This document shows positions 51,818 through 64,000 of a stretch of DNA of 64,000 nucleotides, piece after piece. Every line of letters begins with the position of its first letter. Within the stretch, counting starts at the first letter, position 1. Position numbers and translations under genes: made by a program. Source of the DNA: Octopus bimaculoides (Eukaryota); the NCBI RefSeq assembly GCF_001194135.2, contig NC_068993.1, forward strand, positions 41,245,926 through 41,309,925, given 5' to 3'. The notes below the pieces were generated by a model. That model did not search any database and had not been told where the DNA came from. It was given only the letters and a program-made list of their open reading frames with translations.

Positions 51818-52108
51818 GTATGTATATATATGTATATATGTATATAGTTGTGGTATATTCTGTTACGTAGTAGAGTACAGCATAAAGCTCGTCCGCCTTC
51901 AGATTTACCCTGTACTCTCCAGTAGTAGTATTATACATACTTCCAGGCTCGCGTTTGGGCATCCCATCATGTGTGAATTGAGAAATGAAAAAATTGGAGT
52001 CAACAAGGGGAACGTACGGTTGGAGATTTATTTTTTAATTACTACAATTGTTTCCACGCAACATAGTTCACCAGGTGTGCAGGTACATGATTATGCAACC
52101 GCTTTCCT

Positions 52109-52408
52109 GCATCATGAGATCTAGTTGTGTTTCCTCAGGTGATATGTGTAAATATTGTCTCCGTAAGTTCAAATTCTCGACTTCAAGAACATCCTCTCTG
52201 TTTGTCAAGGACTAAATTTAGTAGTAGTCACTGAGTTTATCAGGTTGTGATATACGGTCCTTCAGCAACAACACACTGATAAATTCAGTGACTACTACTA
52301 AATTCAGGCCACGACATATAGAAAGGGTGCTCTTGAAGTCGAGAATTTGAACTTACGGAGACAGTATATACATATCACCTGAGGAAACGCAACTAGATCT
52401 CACAATGC
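52109..52408. repeat. Palindromic element, arms about 130 bp, 32-bp spacer
   Basis: 52115-52243 is the reverse complement of 52276-52402, including the identical run TGTCTCCGTAAGTTCAAATTCTCGACTTCAAGA. Confidence 0.93.
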
Positions 52409-52430
52409 TGATGTCAATATAGCTGATGTC

Positions 52431-52562
52431 GAAATGAGTTGGTCAACGTAAGCCGAAGTGTTTTTCTGAAAACCACAACGCACCACTCAATTCGAAAATC
52501 GAAACTACGATCTGGCGATCGTGGCTACAATCCTCTAAACATTTAGTCACGCGCCCTCATCC
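52431..52562 (-). mobile_element. SINE head (family D-type), degenerate
   Basis: The reverse complement reads GGGCGCGTGACTAAATGTT...GTTTCGATTTTC...GTTGTGGTTTTCAGAAAAACACTT. Confidence 0.55.
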
Positions 52563-53950
52563 ACATACCTACAAACTTGCGCATATGCCTTTAAAGAGTC
52601 TGTTTTCCCATAATGAATTATGCATATTATTTATATAACTGTTTATATTTCTCTTCGTAGATCAAGTTACAGGATGAAATCATGCTGACACATGCAACCA
52701 CTACTATTCACGAGCCACACCTTATTGTCTTATATGAAGAACAAGAAAACACAAAATGTTATCTTCTTTAATACACTATGTCTCAATAAATGGATGAAAT
52801 ACTTTTGATCATAAGACTGCTCAATCATGCTTAATGAATAACTACAAGAATAATCTTTGACTACAACTATTTACATTTATTTCTAATTTAGTCGAGAAGA
52901 AACGACAACTTGACTTACGAGAAGTTTTATAAGTAAACATTTGTTTACTCTAATTCATTCATCCATTGGTGGAACTATGATGGAGCTGTGGATACTATTA
53001 TAACTAATTATTGTATCTATAATGGAACGACTGCGCACAAGTCTCCAGTTTATCTTTGTTATTGAATACTGCATCCCAATGCGCAGACATGAAGTCTTTT
53101 AAACAGTAGTTCTTTAGCCATTCAATTGACTTATTATTTATGAGTCAGCTCTTGTTACAGTAGTGTGGCATGATCATAATATTCCCTCTTTTTTTATTAT
53201 TAGGAATATTGCATTCTAGTATTTTAAGAAATTACATCAGGGCTGCTCGCATTTTACTTAGGATACCACTCCGCAGGAAATATCAAGTTACTCAGCAAAA
53301 ATATATGAAATTCATATACTTGCAGAAATGTCAACACTACAGGGATTAAACAAATGTTTTAAGCCACTTGCCATGATGTTATATGAACAAATACTTATGC
53401 AGTTAGAGAAAGAATGATTTAACTTTTATATTATATTCTGTATTTTATTCTAGTCTTCGCTGAAACACTTGCTACAACTATTTTGAACTTAAAAAGACCT
53501 GAAGTAGAATGTATTTGTCCGCGTCGTGACTAGGTTTAAATTTGACCTAGAGAAAGTCACTGAATAAAATTATACAAATATTTAAAAAGACACGTAGGTT
53601 GCTATATTAAGCAACTGTTCTTTTCCTCAAGTGTATTGTCTGATAATGCATCAATAATTTTCTTATTACTGTCGTTTCAATAATTCAATTTCCTTTCGTC
53701 ATTAGTTTTCAAAATATAACGATTAACCAAGGAAACGTTTCTGTAATTTTACTCCCATATCAACTCTATATCATGCTTATCTGTTGTTGTTTATCTGCTA
53801 GACGTTCATCCGAAATCTCGAAGCAAAGAAGCAACGTAACCTAATTATTCCTATTTCTAAACGACATTAAGTTATTTTTAAATTGTTCGATAAAAACTGC
53901 CAGGTCTCTTCAAACATGCTAAATAATTCTAATCCATTTATAGATACAAA

Positions 53951-54190
53951 TGAAGACGCATGGCTTAGTGGGCAGGATGTTGCACTCATGACCGAAAGAT
54001 AGTAGTTTCGATTCCTGCACCATAAGTTGTGCTCTTGAGTAAAAAAACCCATTTCATTTCATGTTGCTGCAGTTCGCTCAGCAACAAATAAGCCCAGTAA
54101 TATCTGGGAATTAACCCTGAGACAAACAGGCGCCACATTTGGAAAAAAAGGAAACCGTTTTAATCTTATGCACCATAGGAAAACCTGTTT
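53951..54190 (+). mobile_element. SINE (family D-type head)
   Basis: GAAGACGCATGGCTTAGTGG...GTTTCGATTCC...TTGTGCTCTTGAG. Confidence 0.7.
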
Positions 54191-54248
54191 TTTTTCTATA
54201 GCTCTGGTCTTTTCAATCCTTGGGCTCGCGACACGCCTCAGTCTGGAC

Positions 54249-54576
54249 GCAGGCGATGACCGAGTGGTGAAAAAGAGTCCGTCTGCTGATAGAAAACCGT
54301 CGGTTCTATTCCACTGCATGGTATCTTGGAAAAAGTCTTTTACTATAACTTAGGGTCAATTCAGTGTTTGTGAATGAGATTAGATAAACGGAAACTGTGT
54401 GGAAGCCTGAGGGATGGTTTATACCAATAACGCAACTGTCTAACCTTGTTACATATTCCGCCGCTTTAAGAGTAGACGTGTCTGTGGAATATCTTCCATT
54501 TATAGGATAATTTAATCAGCAGTTAGATCAACTGATCAAGCAACTGAGTGTTTAGCGTCGAAACGACGGAGAACCC
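54249..54576 (+). mobile_element. Old chimeric SINE: family A head plus family C-type tail
   Basis: Head CACTGCATGGTATCTTGGAAAAAGTCTTTTACTATA..ACGGAAACTG..GAAGCC; tail TAAGAGTAGACGTGTCTGTGGA..GATCAACTG..ACGACGGAG. Confidence 0.6.
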
Positions 54577-54833
54577 ATCAAAATCCACCTATCCAACGAT
54601 GTCATTTGATTCTTGGCAAAAACATCAAATACATGCAGTTACTGATATTTCTGTTCCTACAATAATAAGGCAACTATATCTAGTCGTTAGAGGAAAATAT
54701 TAATAATAGCTTTTGATGAGGTACATTTGTACAATTTATTGTTTAGCCCAAGGTCAGATCTGACTGAGAAAACCTATGATCAAAAGAATCACATACAAGA
54801 AGATGTTATCTTTCATTTTGGTTTCGTGCATCT

Positions 54834-54980
54834 AAAGCGCATAGCCTAGTGCTTACGGCGTTGCACTCGTAATCATGAGGTCATAGATTCAGTTTCTGTA
54901 TTCATTTGTGCTTTGTATTCCTGAACAAGCTACTACATTTCACGTTCTCCAGTCAAATAGATTGTAAATGAGCACCTAGT
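54834..54980 (+). mobile_element. SINE head (family D-type), degenerate
   Basis: GCGCATAGCCTAGTG...CCTGAACAAG...TTTCACGTTCTCCAGTC. Confidence 0.5.
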
Positions 54981-55508
54981 ATAATATAAGTGCCGCTTTC
55001 TCTTCATCCGAATGATATATTCCAATGTTCTGCTGGCTCAAGAGTGAGAGGCTTAAGAGGTTATCTGTGTCTGTTTTCGACTACATAGGCACAGTTGTAC
55101 AAACTGTCAGGTCATATTCGCTTACGAGTGACTGCTAAGCGTCTAATAGTAGAATGAGACTTAGCTGCAATTTTCAGTAATACGAATGACCACATATAGG
55201 CTTAACCCGCTTTAAATCAGCATACACATGGACACATATCTAAAGAAGGAAACATTTTGGCAATATTATTTACTTGTATCAGTTGTTGGACTGTGGCTAT
55301 GCTGAATGACTACCTTGAAGGGTTTAGCCGAACAAGTGGGACCTAGTACTTAATTTTAGTCTGGTACCTATACCGGCTAGATCAATGCTTGTGTGTAAAT
55401 TTCGTAGGTGGAAACTGTGAAGAAGCTTGTCGTGAGTGTAAGTGCTTGTGTGCGTGCGTGTCTTTGTGTTTGTATTTGCGCCCCACCACTTTGCAATCGG
55501 TTTGTTAC

Positions 55509-55589
<81 letters not shown>

Positions 55590-55975
55590 AATGTTAACAC
55601 TCTACGTTTTAAAGAGAGCTTCCTTGGACGAAATGTTGAAGCCTTAATGCGTTTAAACAAAAAGCATACAATCGTGGAATTAATATGCAAGATGTGCGTT
55701 GCTGTTGCACATCAGCAGATAAATTTTACGCCATTTGAATATATATCAGACCAGAGATTTGAATTCGTTTCGAAGCTGGCTTGATTATAAGACACCGATG
55801 AGCTGAAATAACAGCGAAGTATTGATATCTGTCGTCGTTCATCACCTGGGAGATTCGTTTCGCCTGGTTTTGAGATATACAGTGTTTTTATGTTTTTTAA
55901 CACTCTACGTCTTAAAAGGACTTTCCCTTGATGAAATACTGCGGCCTATAAGCGGTTAAACAAAACACATGCATT
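55590..55975 (+). repeat. Diverged direct repeat of about 80 bp enclosing a hammerhead-like relic (probable Penelope-like pLTR debris)
   Basis: TTAACACTCTACG...TTAAACAAAA at about 55594 and 55897; hammerhead-like motif at 55791-55833. Confidence 0.55.
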
Positions 55976-56000
55976 AAGTATGTGACAACAGTGACATTTA

Positions 56001-56220
56001 TATTCTTTTATTTGTTTCAGTTAATTGACTACAGCGATACTGGAGCACGACCCTAAAGAGCTGTAGTCGAAGAAATCGCGCTCAGGACTTATTCTTTGTA
56101 AGCCTTATACTTCTTCTATCGATCTCTTTTTCCGAACCGCTATTTTATGGGCACATAAACACACCGTTATCGGTTGTCAAGCGATGGCTGGGGACACACA
56201 TAGACACACACATATAAAAT

Positions 56221-56255
<35 letters not shown>

Positions 56256-56431
56256 GCATATATATATGTATAAGATGGGCTTTTTTTCAGTTTCAGTAGA
56301 GCCAAATCCACTCACATGGCTTTGGTCGACACGGAGCTATAGTAGAAGACACTTGCCCAAGGTGCCTCGCAGTGGGACTGAACCAGAAACCATGTAGTTG
56401 GGGAGCAAACTTCTTACCACATAGCCATGCC
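56001..56431 (-). mobile_element. Full-length SINE family A
   Basis: Both modules with a (CA/TA) linker. Confidence 0.88.
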
Positions 56432-56494
56432 AAATATTAGTTCTTTACTATAAGAATCATAACGCCGTATATCCCGTTTTCTTGTTGTCTAAGT

Positions 56495-56790
56495 CAGGGG
56501 TTTCAAACTGTGGTCCGCGGACCACAGGCAGTCCGCAAGGACAAGACAGGGGGTCCGTGGACAGCAAATACTTTTTATGGGCAATTTGATTTTATATATG
56601 ATTTTTAATCGAAATCTTTTAATTGACAATAAACTTATTTGTTAAATACTGTTAAATAAATAAATATAAAAATATATGATGTTTTAAGCAAATATTTATG
56701 TATAACTTTCATAAGCGTTTATAAGGGGGTCCCTAAGGTAAAGCCTGAAATATAAAGGGGTCCGCAAGTCAAAAAGTTTGAAAACCCCTC
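56495..56790. mobile_element. hAT (Charlie/Buster-like) MITE, 296 bp, perfect 8-bp TSD
   Basis: TIRs CAGGGGTTTCAAACT and AGTTTGAAAACCCCTC, with GTCTAAGT at 56487-56494 and 56791-56798. Subterminal GGTCCGC repeats occur at both ends. Confidence 0.9.
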
Positions 56791-56849
56791 GTCTAAGTGA
56801 CCGAGATCACAACATGTCTCTTGAAAATGTCACCGAACCAATGCATTGT

Positions 56850-56974
56850 TTGAGGCCAGCAATTTTGAGGAGATAGGACAAGTCGCTTGAATCGATCTGA
56901 GTACTTGACAGTGACTTTATTTCATATACCCTGAAGGGATGAAAAACAAGGTTGACCTCGGCGGGATTTGAACT
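56850..56974 (-). mobile_element. SINE family B, running into a gap
   Basis: GAGGCCAGCAATTTTGAGG...GTTGACCTCGGCGGGATTTGAACT. Confidence 0.7.
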
Positions 56975-57835
56975 NNNNNNNNNNNNNNNNNNNNNNNNNN
57001 NNNNNNNNNNNNNNNNNNNNNNNNNNNNNNNNNNNNNNNNNNNNNNNNNNNNNNNNNNNNNNNNNNNNNNNNNNNNNNNNNNNNNNNNNNNNNNNNNNNN
57101 NNNNNNNNNNNNNNNNNNNNNNNNNNNNNNNNNNNNNNNNNNNNNNNNNNNNNNNNNNNNNNNNNNNNNNNNNNNNNNNNNNNNNNNNNNNNNNNNNNNN
57201 NNNNNNNNNNNNNNNNNNNNNNNNNNNNNNNNNNNNNNNNNNNNNNNNNNNNNNNNNNNNNNNNNNNNNNNNNNNNNNNNNNNNNNNNNNNNNNNNNNNN
57301 NNNNNNNNNNNNNNNNNNNNNNNNNNNNNNNNNNNNNNNNNNNNNNNNNNNNNNNNNNNNNNNNNNNNNNNNNNNNNNNNNNNNNNNNNNNNNNNNNNNN
57401 NNNNNNNNNNNNNNNNNNNNNNNNNNNNNNNNNNNNNNNNNNNNNNNNNNNNNNNNNNNNNNNNNNNNNNNNNNNNNNNNNNNNNNNNNNNNNNNNNNNN
57501 NNNNNNNNNNNNNNNNNNNNNNNNNNNNNNNNNNNNNNNNNNNNNNNNNNNNNNNNNNNNNNNNNNNNNNNNNNNNNNNNNNNNNNNNNNNNNNNNNNNN
57601 NNNNNNNNNNNNNNNNNNNNNNNNNNNNNNNNNNNNNNNNNNNNNNNNNNNNNNNNNNNNNNNNNNNNNNNNNNNNNNNNNNNNNNNNNNNNNNNNNNNN
57701 NNNNNNNNNNNNNNNNNNNNNNNNNNNNNNNNNNNNNNNNNNNNNNNNNNNNNNNNNNNNNNNNNNNNNNNNNNNNNNNNNNNNNNNNNNNNNNNNNNNN
57801 NNNNNNNNNNNNNNNNNNNNNNNNNNNNNNNNNNN

Positions 57836-57987
57836 GCAGCAAAAATACTACATACCACAAAAGTTAGGGATAATTTCGAAAGGAAATGAAAAATAAAAAC
57901 TTATAAAAAATAAAAACTATTTATTTTTTATTTTTCATTTCCTTTCGAAATTATCCCTAACTTTGTGGTATGTAGTATTTTTGCTGC
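57836..57987. repeat. Near-perfect palindrome of about 64-bp arms starting at a contig edge
   Basis: 57836-57899 vs 57925-57987 differ by a single A/T indel. Confidence 0.85.
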
Positions 57988-58323
57988 TATTTCTAGCGAG
58001 TAGATGTCCTATTATAGGCGTCTCTGCATTTCTAATGAATAATACATAGTCTATTGACTGTTTTTACTCTCGCTAGGCCACTGGTGGTAAATAAAATTTC
58101 TAAAATTTTCTTTGCCACCCTATAATTTATTAATATATATATATATATATATAATATTCGTCTTCGAAAGTGGGAGAATAAGATTTTAAGGCAGAGTACG
58201 TAACGTGTAGGATTATTAAGTAATCTCTTTATTCAGATGGTAAAACTTATGAGACTAATCATATTTCTTTCGAATTTCGAAGTCGTCAGAGTACTTCTAG
58301 TGATTTCCAAATTCGAAACAAAC

Positions 58324-58570
58324 AGTGGATTCGGTAGAGAAAAAGTGAAAGAGGCCGTCGTATGTGTGTGCGTGTGTATTTGAGCCTGTGTTTGGTCTCC
58401 TCCATCGCTTGAGAACCGGTGTTGGATTGTTTACGTCCCTGTATCTGAGCGGTTCGGCAAAGGAACCCTATAGAATATGTACGAGGCTTTAAAAAGTGGT
58501 TGATTTGTTCGACTTAAAGCAGTCCAACATAACCGCAGTGTCATGAGTGAAACAAGTAAAACATGAAAAA
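58324..58570 (+). mobile_element. SINE family A, 5'-truncated and diverged
   Basis: AGTGGATTCGGTAGA..CCGTCG, a short TG linker, CATCGCTTGAGAACC..TTACGTCCC..GGTTCGGCAAA..GAAACAAGTAAAA. Confidence 0.75.
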
Positions 58571-58580
58571 TTATATATAT

Positions 58581-58806
58581 ATTCTTTTATTCTTTTACTT
58601 GTTTTAGTCATTTGACTGAGGCCGTACTGCAGCACCGCCTTTAGTCGAGCAAATCGATCCCATGACTTTGTAAGCCTATTACTTATTCTATCAGTTATCT
58701 TTTGCCGAATCGCTAAGTTACGGGTACGTAAACACACCAGCGTCGTTTGTCAAGCGATGTTGGTGGGACAAGCACAAACACACAAGCATATAGACGCACA
58801 CATACA

Positions 58807-58842
<36 letters not shown>

Positions 58843-58951
58843 TACGACGGGCTTCTTTTAGTTTTCGTCTACCAAACGCTTTGGCTTCGGACAGGCCCGA
58901 GGTTATAGTAGAAAACACTTGCGGAAGGTGCCGCGCAGTGGGACTGAACCC
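58581..58951 (-). mobile_element. SINE family A, head truncated, tail-to-tail with the previous copy
   Basis: Both modules are present and the copy ends at CAGTGGGACTGAACCC. Confidence 0.85.
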
Positions 58952-59840
58952 AAAGAATATGAGGGTTTTAGTTCGCTAATGATCTAAACCAGTAAGTTCA
59001 CTTCGTCAGTGTTGGTCATCAGTTCGGTTCCAAGTTCACAGCTGGGACTGGGGCTGGAGCTAGGGATCTGTAGTAGGCTTACTCTATTTAGATATTCTAA
59101 ATGAGTTGAGATATTCGTGCTACCTTGGTTTTGTTTTCCTTACCCCTTAATACACACACACACACATACACACATACACGTATGAGAGTTGTGAATGCCA
59201 CAAAACAAGACAGCGGCTTCATTTGGGATCTTCAGGTGATGCATCCCGTTTACATTTCCGATCGAGTCTGCAGCTAATCTACTCTGGGAAAGGCATGAAC
59301 GTCATGCACTTTATATCTAAATAAATTTGCTCGTATAAAAGAGAAATAATTATCTTATTATATCTTATTTCAAAATATCAATAAAACAAAATTAGTATTT
59401 CTTATACCTACTTTCTTTTTCTCCCTCTCCCCCTCTCTCTCCCTAATATATTACATAATACATATATGTATGTCATGTTATCTATCTATCTATCTATCTG
59501 TTTATTTATCTGTCTATACATACATACACACATATATACGCGTATATATATATTTATATATATATGTACATATAGGAGAGAAAGCGAGAGATAGACAGAC
59601 AAACAGACATATATATATACATCCACACCCACAAAATACATATATTTTAAAGAATATATGTATTTCTGAGAAAATAGAAAAACAGCAAAGCTAAAGACAT
59701 CATGGAGTCGTGTGTTTATGCCTTTAGGAATACATAAATAAGTATTTCTCTACACACATTCGCAGAACTACATACGTACACACATACACACGCACACGTC
59801 ATGTTCCAACAACCAATACAGAAATACGTTTTCAAATATT

Positions 59841-59878
<38 letters not shown>

Positions 59879-60421
59879 TTCACATGACAATCAATGTATA
59901 GGTATGTATGTATTTACACATACATAACTGGTTAAGGCAATTTTTATTTTAATCTTCATTGCATCAGAGAATATTATTTATGTTGTAACTGATAACAATC
60001 TAGGATAGCAATTGATCGCTAAAGTTTTCTAAGAAAGCGATAATACTTCAGTGGTATGTGGTTAAGATGTTTTCTTTTTAACCAATTGGTTTCGATTCGA
60101 TCCTACTGGTAGAGAACACATCCTTGGGGGAAAATGTTTTCCAACGTAATCTCCACTACTATTTTACGAATGGAATACAGTTGACGGAAACCTAAATATA
60201 TATGAACCTTGAACATCTTTCGTATTTATTATGGAACACGGATGAGGTGCGGTGCAAGATTATGTAATGTTACTACAGCCTTTATGTAATTATGTCGGTA
60301 ATTCGGTGCAACGCGTGTATGTTCTGTAAAGCATTGAATATGATACTTCTTTTCTGTATCTTCTATAAGTCGGTTTGCATTCCGCAATCTCGCCTAACGT
60401 GACGTGTCGTACTTCATATCG

Positions 60422-60425
<4 letters not shown>

Positions 60426-60503
<78 letters not shown>
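60426..60503 (+). repeat. (CA)n microsatellite
   Basis: Read directly from the sequence. Confidence 0.97.
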
Positions 60504-60507
<4 letters not shown>

Positions 60508-63500
60508 CTATGATAGACACAACAGGAAATACTTTTAAGTAACTACATATTGACTGGTGTTTTTTAGTATGTATTTTCTACATAAGTCTACATGAAATGT
60601 GAGGGGTATAAATTTTTGTGTGACCAGCTTCATGCAGCTACAATGCTGAATGTATTCTCAAGAAAGTTTTAAATTTATACGGATCCCTTATTCTAAATTG
60701 AAACACACATAATTAACCGACCCTCCATTATGAGGTAGGGAAACCGATAAATTTTAAGGATTCAAGGCGAAAATTTGGTGCAGCAGCTACTACTACTACT
60801 ATGACCACCACCGCGCGTGTGTGCACACTGTGGATTCTTTATGGTGAAGGACGTAGCTGTAGATTAAAAATTGGTGCCATGACCAATTTTTCTGCAAGCT
60901 GTCACATACATTTCTATTTTGCGGCAGTGGAGTGAATCTGTTCTTCGGCTTAACACGAAACGTCTGATTCTTCGTTTGGTTTACCAAGTATTTACACTAG
61001 AAATATGGACAACAGATTAGGTAGTCTCTTCTTCCTACCATTTTTGGAGATCTCAAAAAAGTGTTATGGGTTCTGTCCTTCCTTCTGTAATTAAGTAAAA
61101 CAAAAATATCAGAAACAATACTTTCACTTAAATACTTATACCTAATACCTTCAGTAAATCTTCTACACACAGCCACGTAATCATTAATGCGTTTCAAACA
61201 TTTGTGAAGTAAGATGTTCTAAGATTGGATAATAATAAGTTATAATGTTCGTGCTTTTTTCTCATGTATAACAGATGCAAATGAAAAGAAAATGTTTAAA
61301 CTGGGAATAGAAATGTATTCACCTTTCTATTAGTTTGCTTCTAGCCAAACGCCACTCAGCAAAAAGGAGCGCAGCTGTTTTTTAAACAACCAAAACCCTT
61401 ATTATATAAGCATGCATGTTACGATGCTTTCTTGGGTATGTTTTCTTGTGTTTACACATTTAACTATGATGCTTGTGTTTTTTTAGATGCACATAAAGAT
61501 TTTCACATCCATAAACAAAGGTATAGGTATTTTCTTGTTCATTTTATGTAATAGTTTAAAAGCTTTACAGAGCAAGTAAACCTTTTTTCCTCTGACAATC
61601 CGACAATTTTATTTTCTGTTTAGTAGAATCTCAATCCAATTACAGATACATTTGGCCGTCATAGTTTCAAGCTGAATATTTTTCTGTACAATACTAAAGT
61701 TAGGAAAAAGAAAAACCCGTACAGAATATCTTACAGTGTATAGTGTAATCGGTACGAATTGCATTCACGTAATCTCAGAATTACAGTAACTAACTTGCTT
61801 ACAGTTTCATTTCATAACAATAGCAAACAAATAGTTTATCATCTATTTAGAAATTTGATACAATAAATACATGCACTACATAGAATTTAAGATGGTTGTA
61901 TAGAATGAGGTTGAAATTTGTTTTTCAATGCTTTGTCACACATTCCTTAAGAAAACACGAAATTGATTCCATGAATTGTGTCTTTTTCAATTTGGTCTGG
62001 TTGTTATTATTCATCTTTACTTAATGCTTGTATTCTCCCAGTCTTTACCTCGTCCCTTCAATGTTTCTGCCAATTAACTATAGAAGGTGTGCTGAAAGAG
62101 ATCAACTGTAGCTTTGATGCAATTCTGACTTGTTTTGCATTAATCACAGCTTGAATTCAACAACAGAGTGGGAAGGTGCGGTTTATAAATCGGAATTTAA
62201 TTGAATCTTTTCCGTCACTTATTGATAGCCTGTTCTATTTAAAATCGAGAGAAGAATCGAAGTTTTCCTATTCGTCAAGATTAAACTAATGGGAAAATAA
62301 CGCCAAATAATAGACTAGCTTGGATTAATGATTCTAAACTAAGTGATTAAAAAAGAGAAGCGGGTGTATGAAACTATAAATGGCTGCTTGCATGGACATG
62401 TAGACACAAAAGATAGATTAAGGAAGCGACGGGGTTGGTGGTGATGATGGGTGGAACATATTGAGAGATATATTTTGTTTCAGTTAAATGAAGGCTATAA
62501 AATATGATATAACAATATTGATTTATTCTAAAATCAAATTCCCTATAATTTCAGAGAAGATATTATAGAGATTTTCATAAACTTTCCAAAATAATATGTG
62601 ACAGAAATAAAGTGATTTTAACAAAGAAATAAACTGAAAAGATCCTAAGATTTTCTTCTGTTTTACGTGCTATAACTGACTGTTTCCATCAATTTTGGTC
62701 ACTTGTATTCGCGATCGTGCTCTTTCGGTCATCACTCAATATTTATGACCATAGATCAGGATAGAGACCAAAATCGAATTGAAGAAAACACGTTTGAGTC
62801 TCTGGAGGAACATTATTCGACGGGTAGTTCGGAGTTCAGGGGAACTTTCCAGATCGAGCTTCTGCTTCGCCTTGAAGAGTCAAAGCTCTGCTACTGCGGA
62901 CCTGTAATCTGAAAGTCATATGAAAGAATCGCAAGTTTAAAAGATAAACTTCTGGAAATTTTTACAGATTTTTACAGTTTCAGTGATGGATTGGATCTGT
63001 AGTCTTCGAATCATCTTTCTCCTTTCTGGTTTTGAGAAGCCTAATTTTTCAAGATTAGTATTTAGGCAGTGTGCTTGTCCGTCTTTCTGTCAGTCTGTAT
63101 GTATGTAGGTCTCTCTGTCTGTTTGTATGTGCTTGTATATATAATACATATGTATGTACTTGAGTATGTAAAGTTGCTGTTGTTACTATTGGTGGAGATG
63201 GTGATGGTGGTGGTGATGGGTCTGTGTGCGCATGATTTGAATTTTTCTTGCATCATTTTCTGCTTTACTGAAAAGCTTGCTTTGAGAGTGATCTGCTGAA
63301 ATGCTTGGACACCACTTGTTTAACGGATTCCCAAGCCTATCATCACCGTTTCTACACACACACACACACACACGCGCACACACGAGCACGCACACACACG
63401 CACACACACACACATACACTGAAAGTAATAAAAGTCAGAGTCGATACCAAACTTGCCTTTATACTGGAAAGTTTCCATTCCGCCATCATTAGAGTGCTCT

Positions 63501-64000
63501 AACGGCTTACATCTCCAAGTATAAATAAATATCATGCCTGAAAACATATCGCCCAAAACTTTAATCAGTTGTATCACGTATACTGGTATACTTATATCTT
63601 GCAGCATAGATATTAACCAAAAGTTACTATTACCAGCGAGCTTTTATCTATTAACACCTTGTTAAATAATTTCGCATCCCAGTTTCGATTTCTAGCTAAA
63701 GCAATTTTACTTCGTTTGCGTCACTAATAATAATGAGAAAAGGCTGAACATGTTATCTCGCATTCCATTTCTAAAAATACCAGACTTTATGCCTGTCAAG
63801 TGTAAGTATTTGAGAACTATCCCAGTCTATCCACACAACAGACTCTCTATTTTCGTAGCGAGGACCGACAGAACTGGATATATCCGCTCCCCCAAATTAG
63901 AAAAAGATATGGAGAGGTAGATGTAGAGAAGGTGCGGGAGGAAGAGCGAAGAATGAGATGAAGGAGAGGGAAAAGTAGAACACATGAAAGATAAACAAAA

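Noticed and set aside
54168-54353. ORF resembling a signal peptide plus KK sites (neuropeptide-like)
   Set aside because: It spans the end of one SINE and the head of the next.
58270-58320. CTGACGA...GAAA on the minus strand
   Set aside because: Stem II and stem I do not close, so it is not a hammerhead.
62700-63050. GC-richer block with ORF 62703-62912
   Set aside because: It is probably an interspersed repeat, but no TIR, TSD, protein motif or second copy is visible to classify it.

Overview
This is a eukaryotic, AT-rich, gene-poor and repeat-saturated draft-assembly window. It has 18 N gaps (about 7.9 kb), mostly bounded by (AT)n/(AC)n tracts. The SINE families and microsatellite load match what I recall of Octopus genomes; that is recognition from memory, not a database result. 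No intact protein-coding gene can be supported: nearly all listed ORFs are microsatellite or N-gap artefacts, and the rest are transposon remnants. Supportable content includes at least four tRNA-headed SINE families with shuffled head and tail modules, four Tc1/mariner remnants (a DD41D element with TIRs, two mariners, a Tc1 N-terminus), a mariner MITE and three hAT-type MITEs. There is also a Helitron helicase C-terminus, a CR1/L2-type LINE 3' end, two R4/Dong-like RLE-LINE 3' ends abutting TAA repeats, Penelope-like relics with hammerhead-like motifs, and three long inverted repeats. The best leads are (1) a LINE whose 3' tail matches the commonest SINE, with a compensatory stem-loop change, (2) TAA microsatellites acting as retroelement landing pads, and (3) a 900-bp palindrome that looks like an inverted Penelope pseudo-LTR pair. 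These fit known classes of phenomena; I cannot support a wholly new biological system here.
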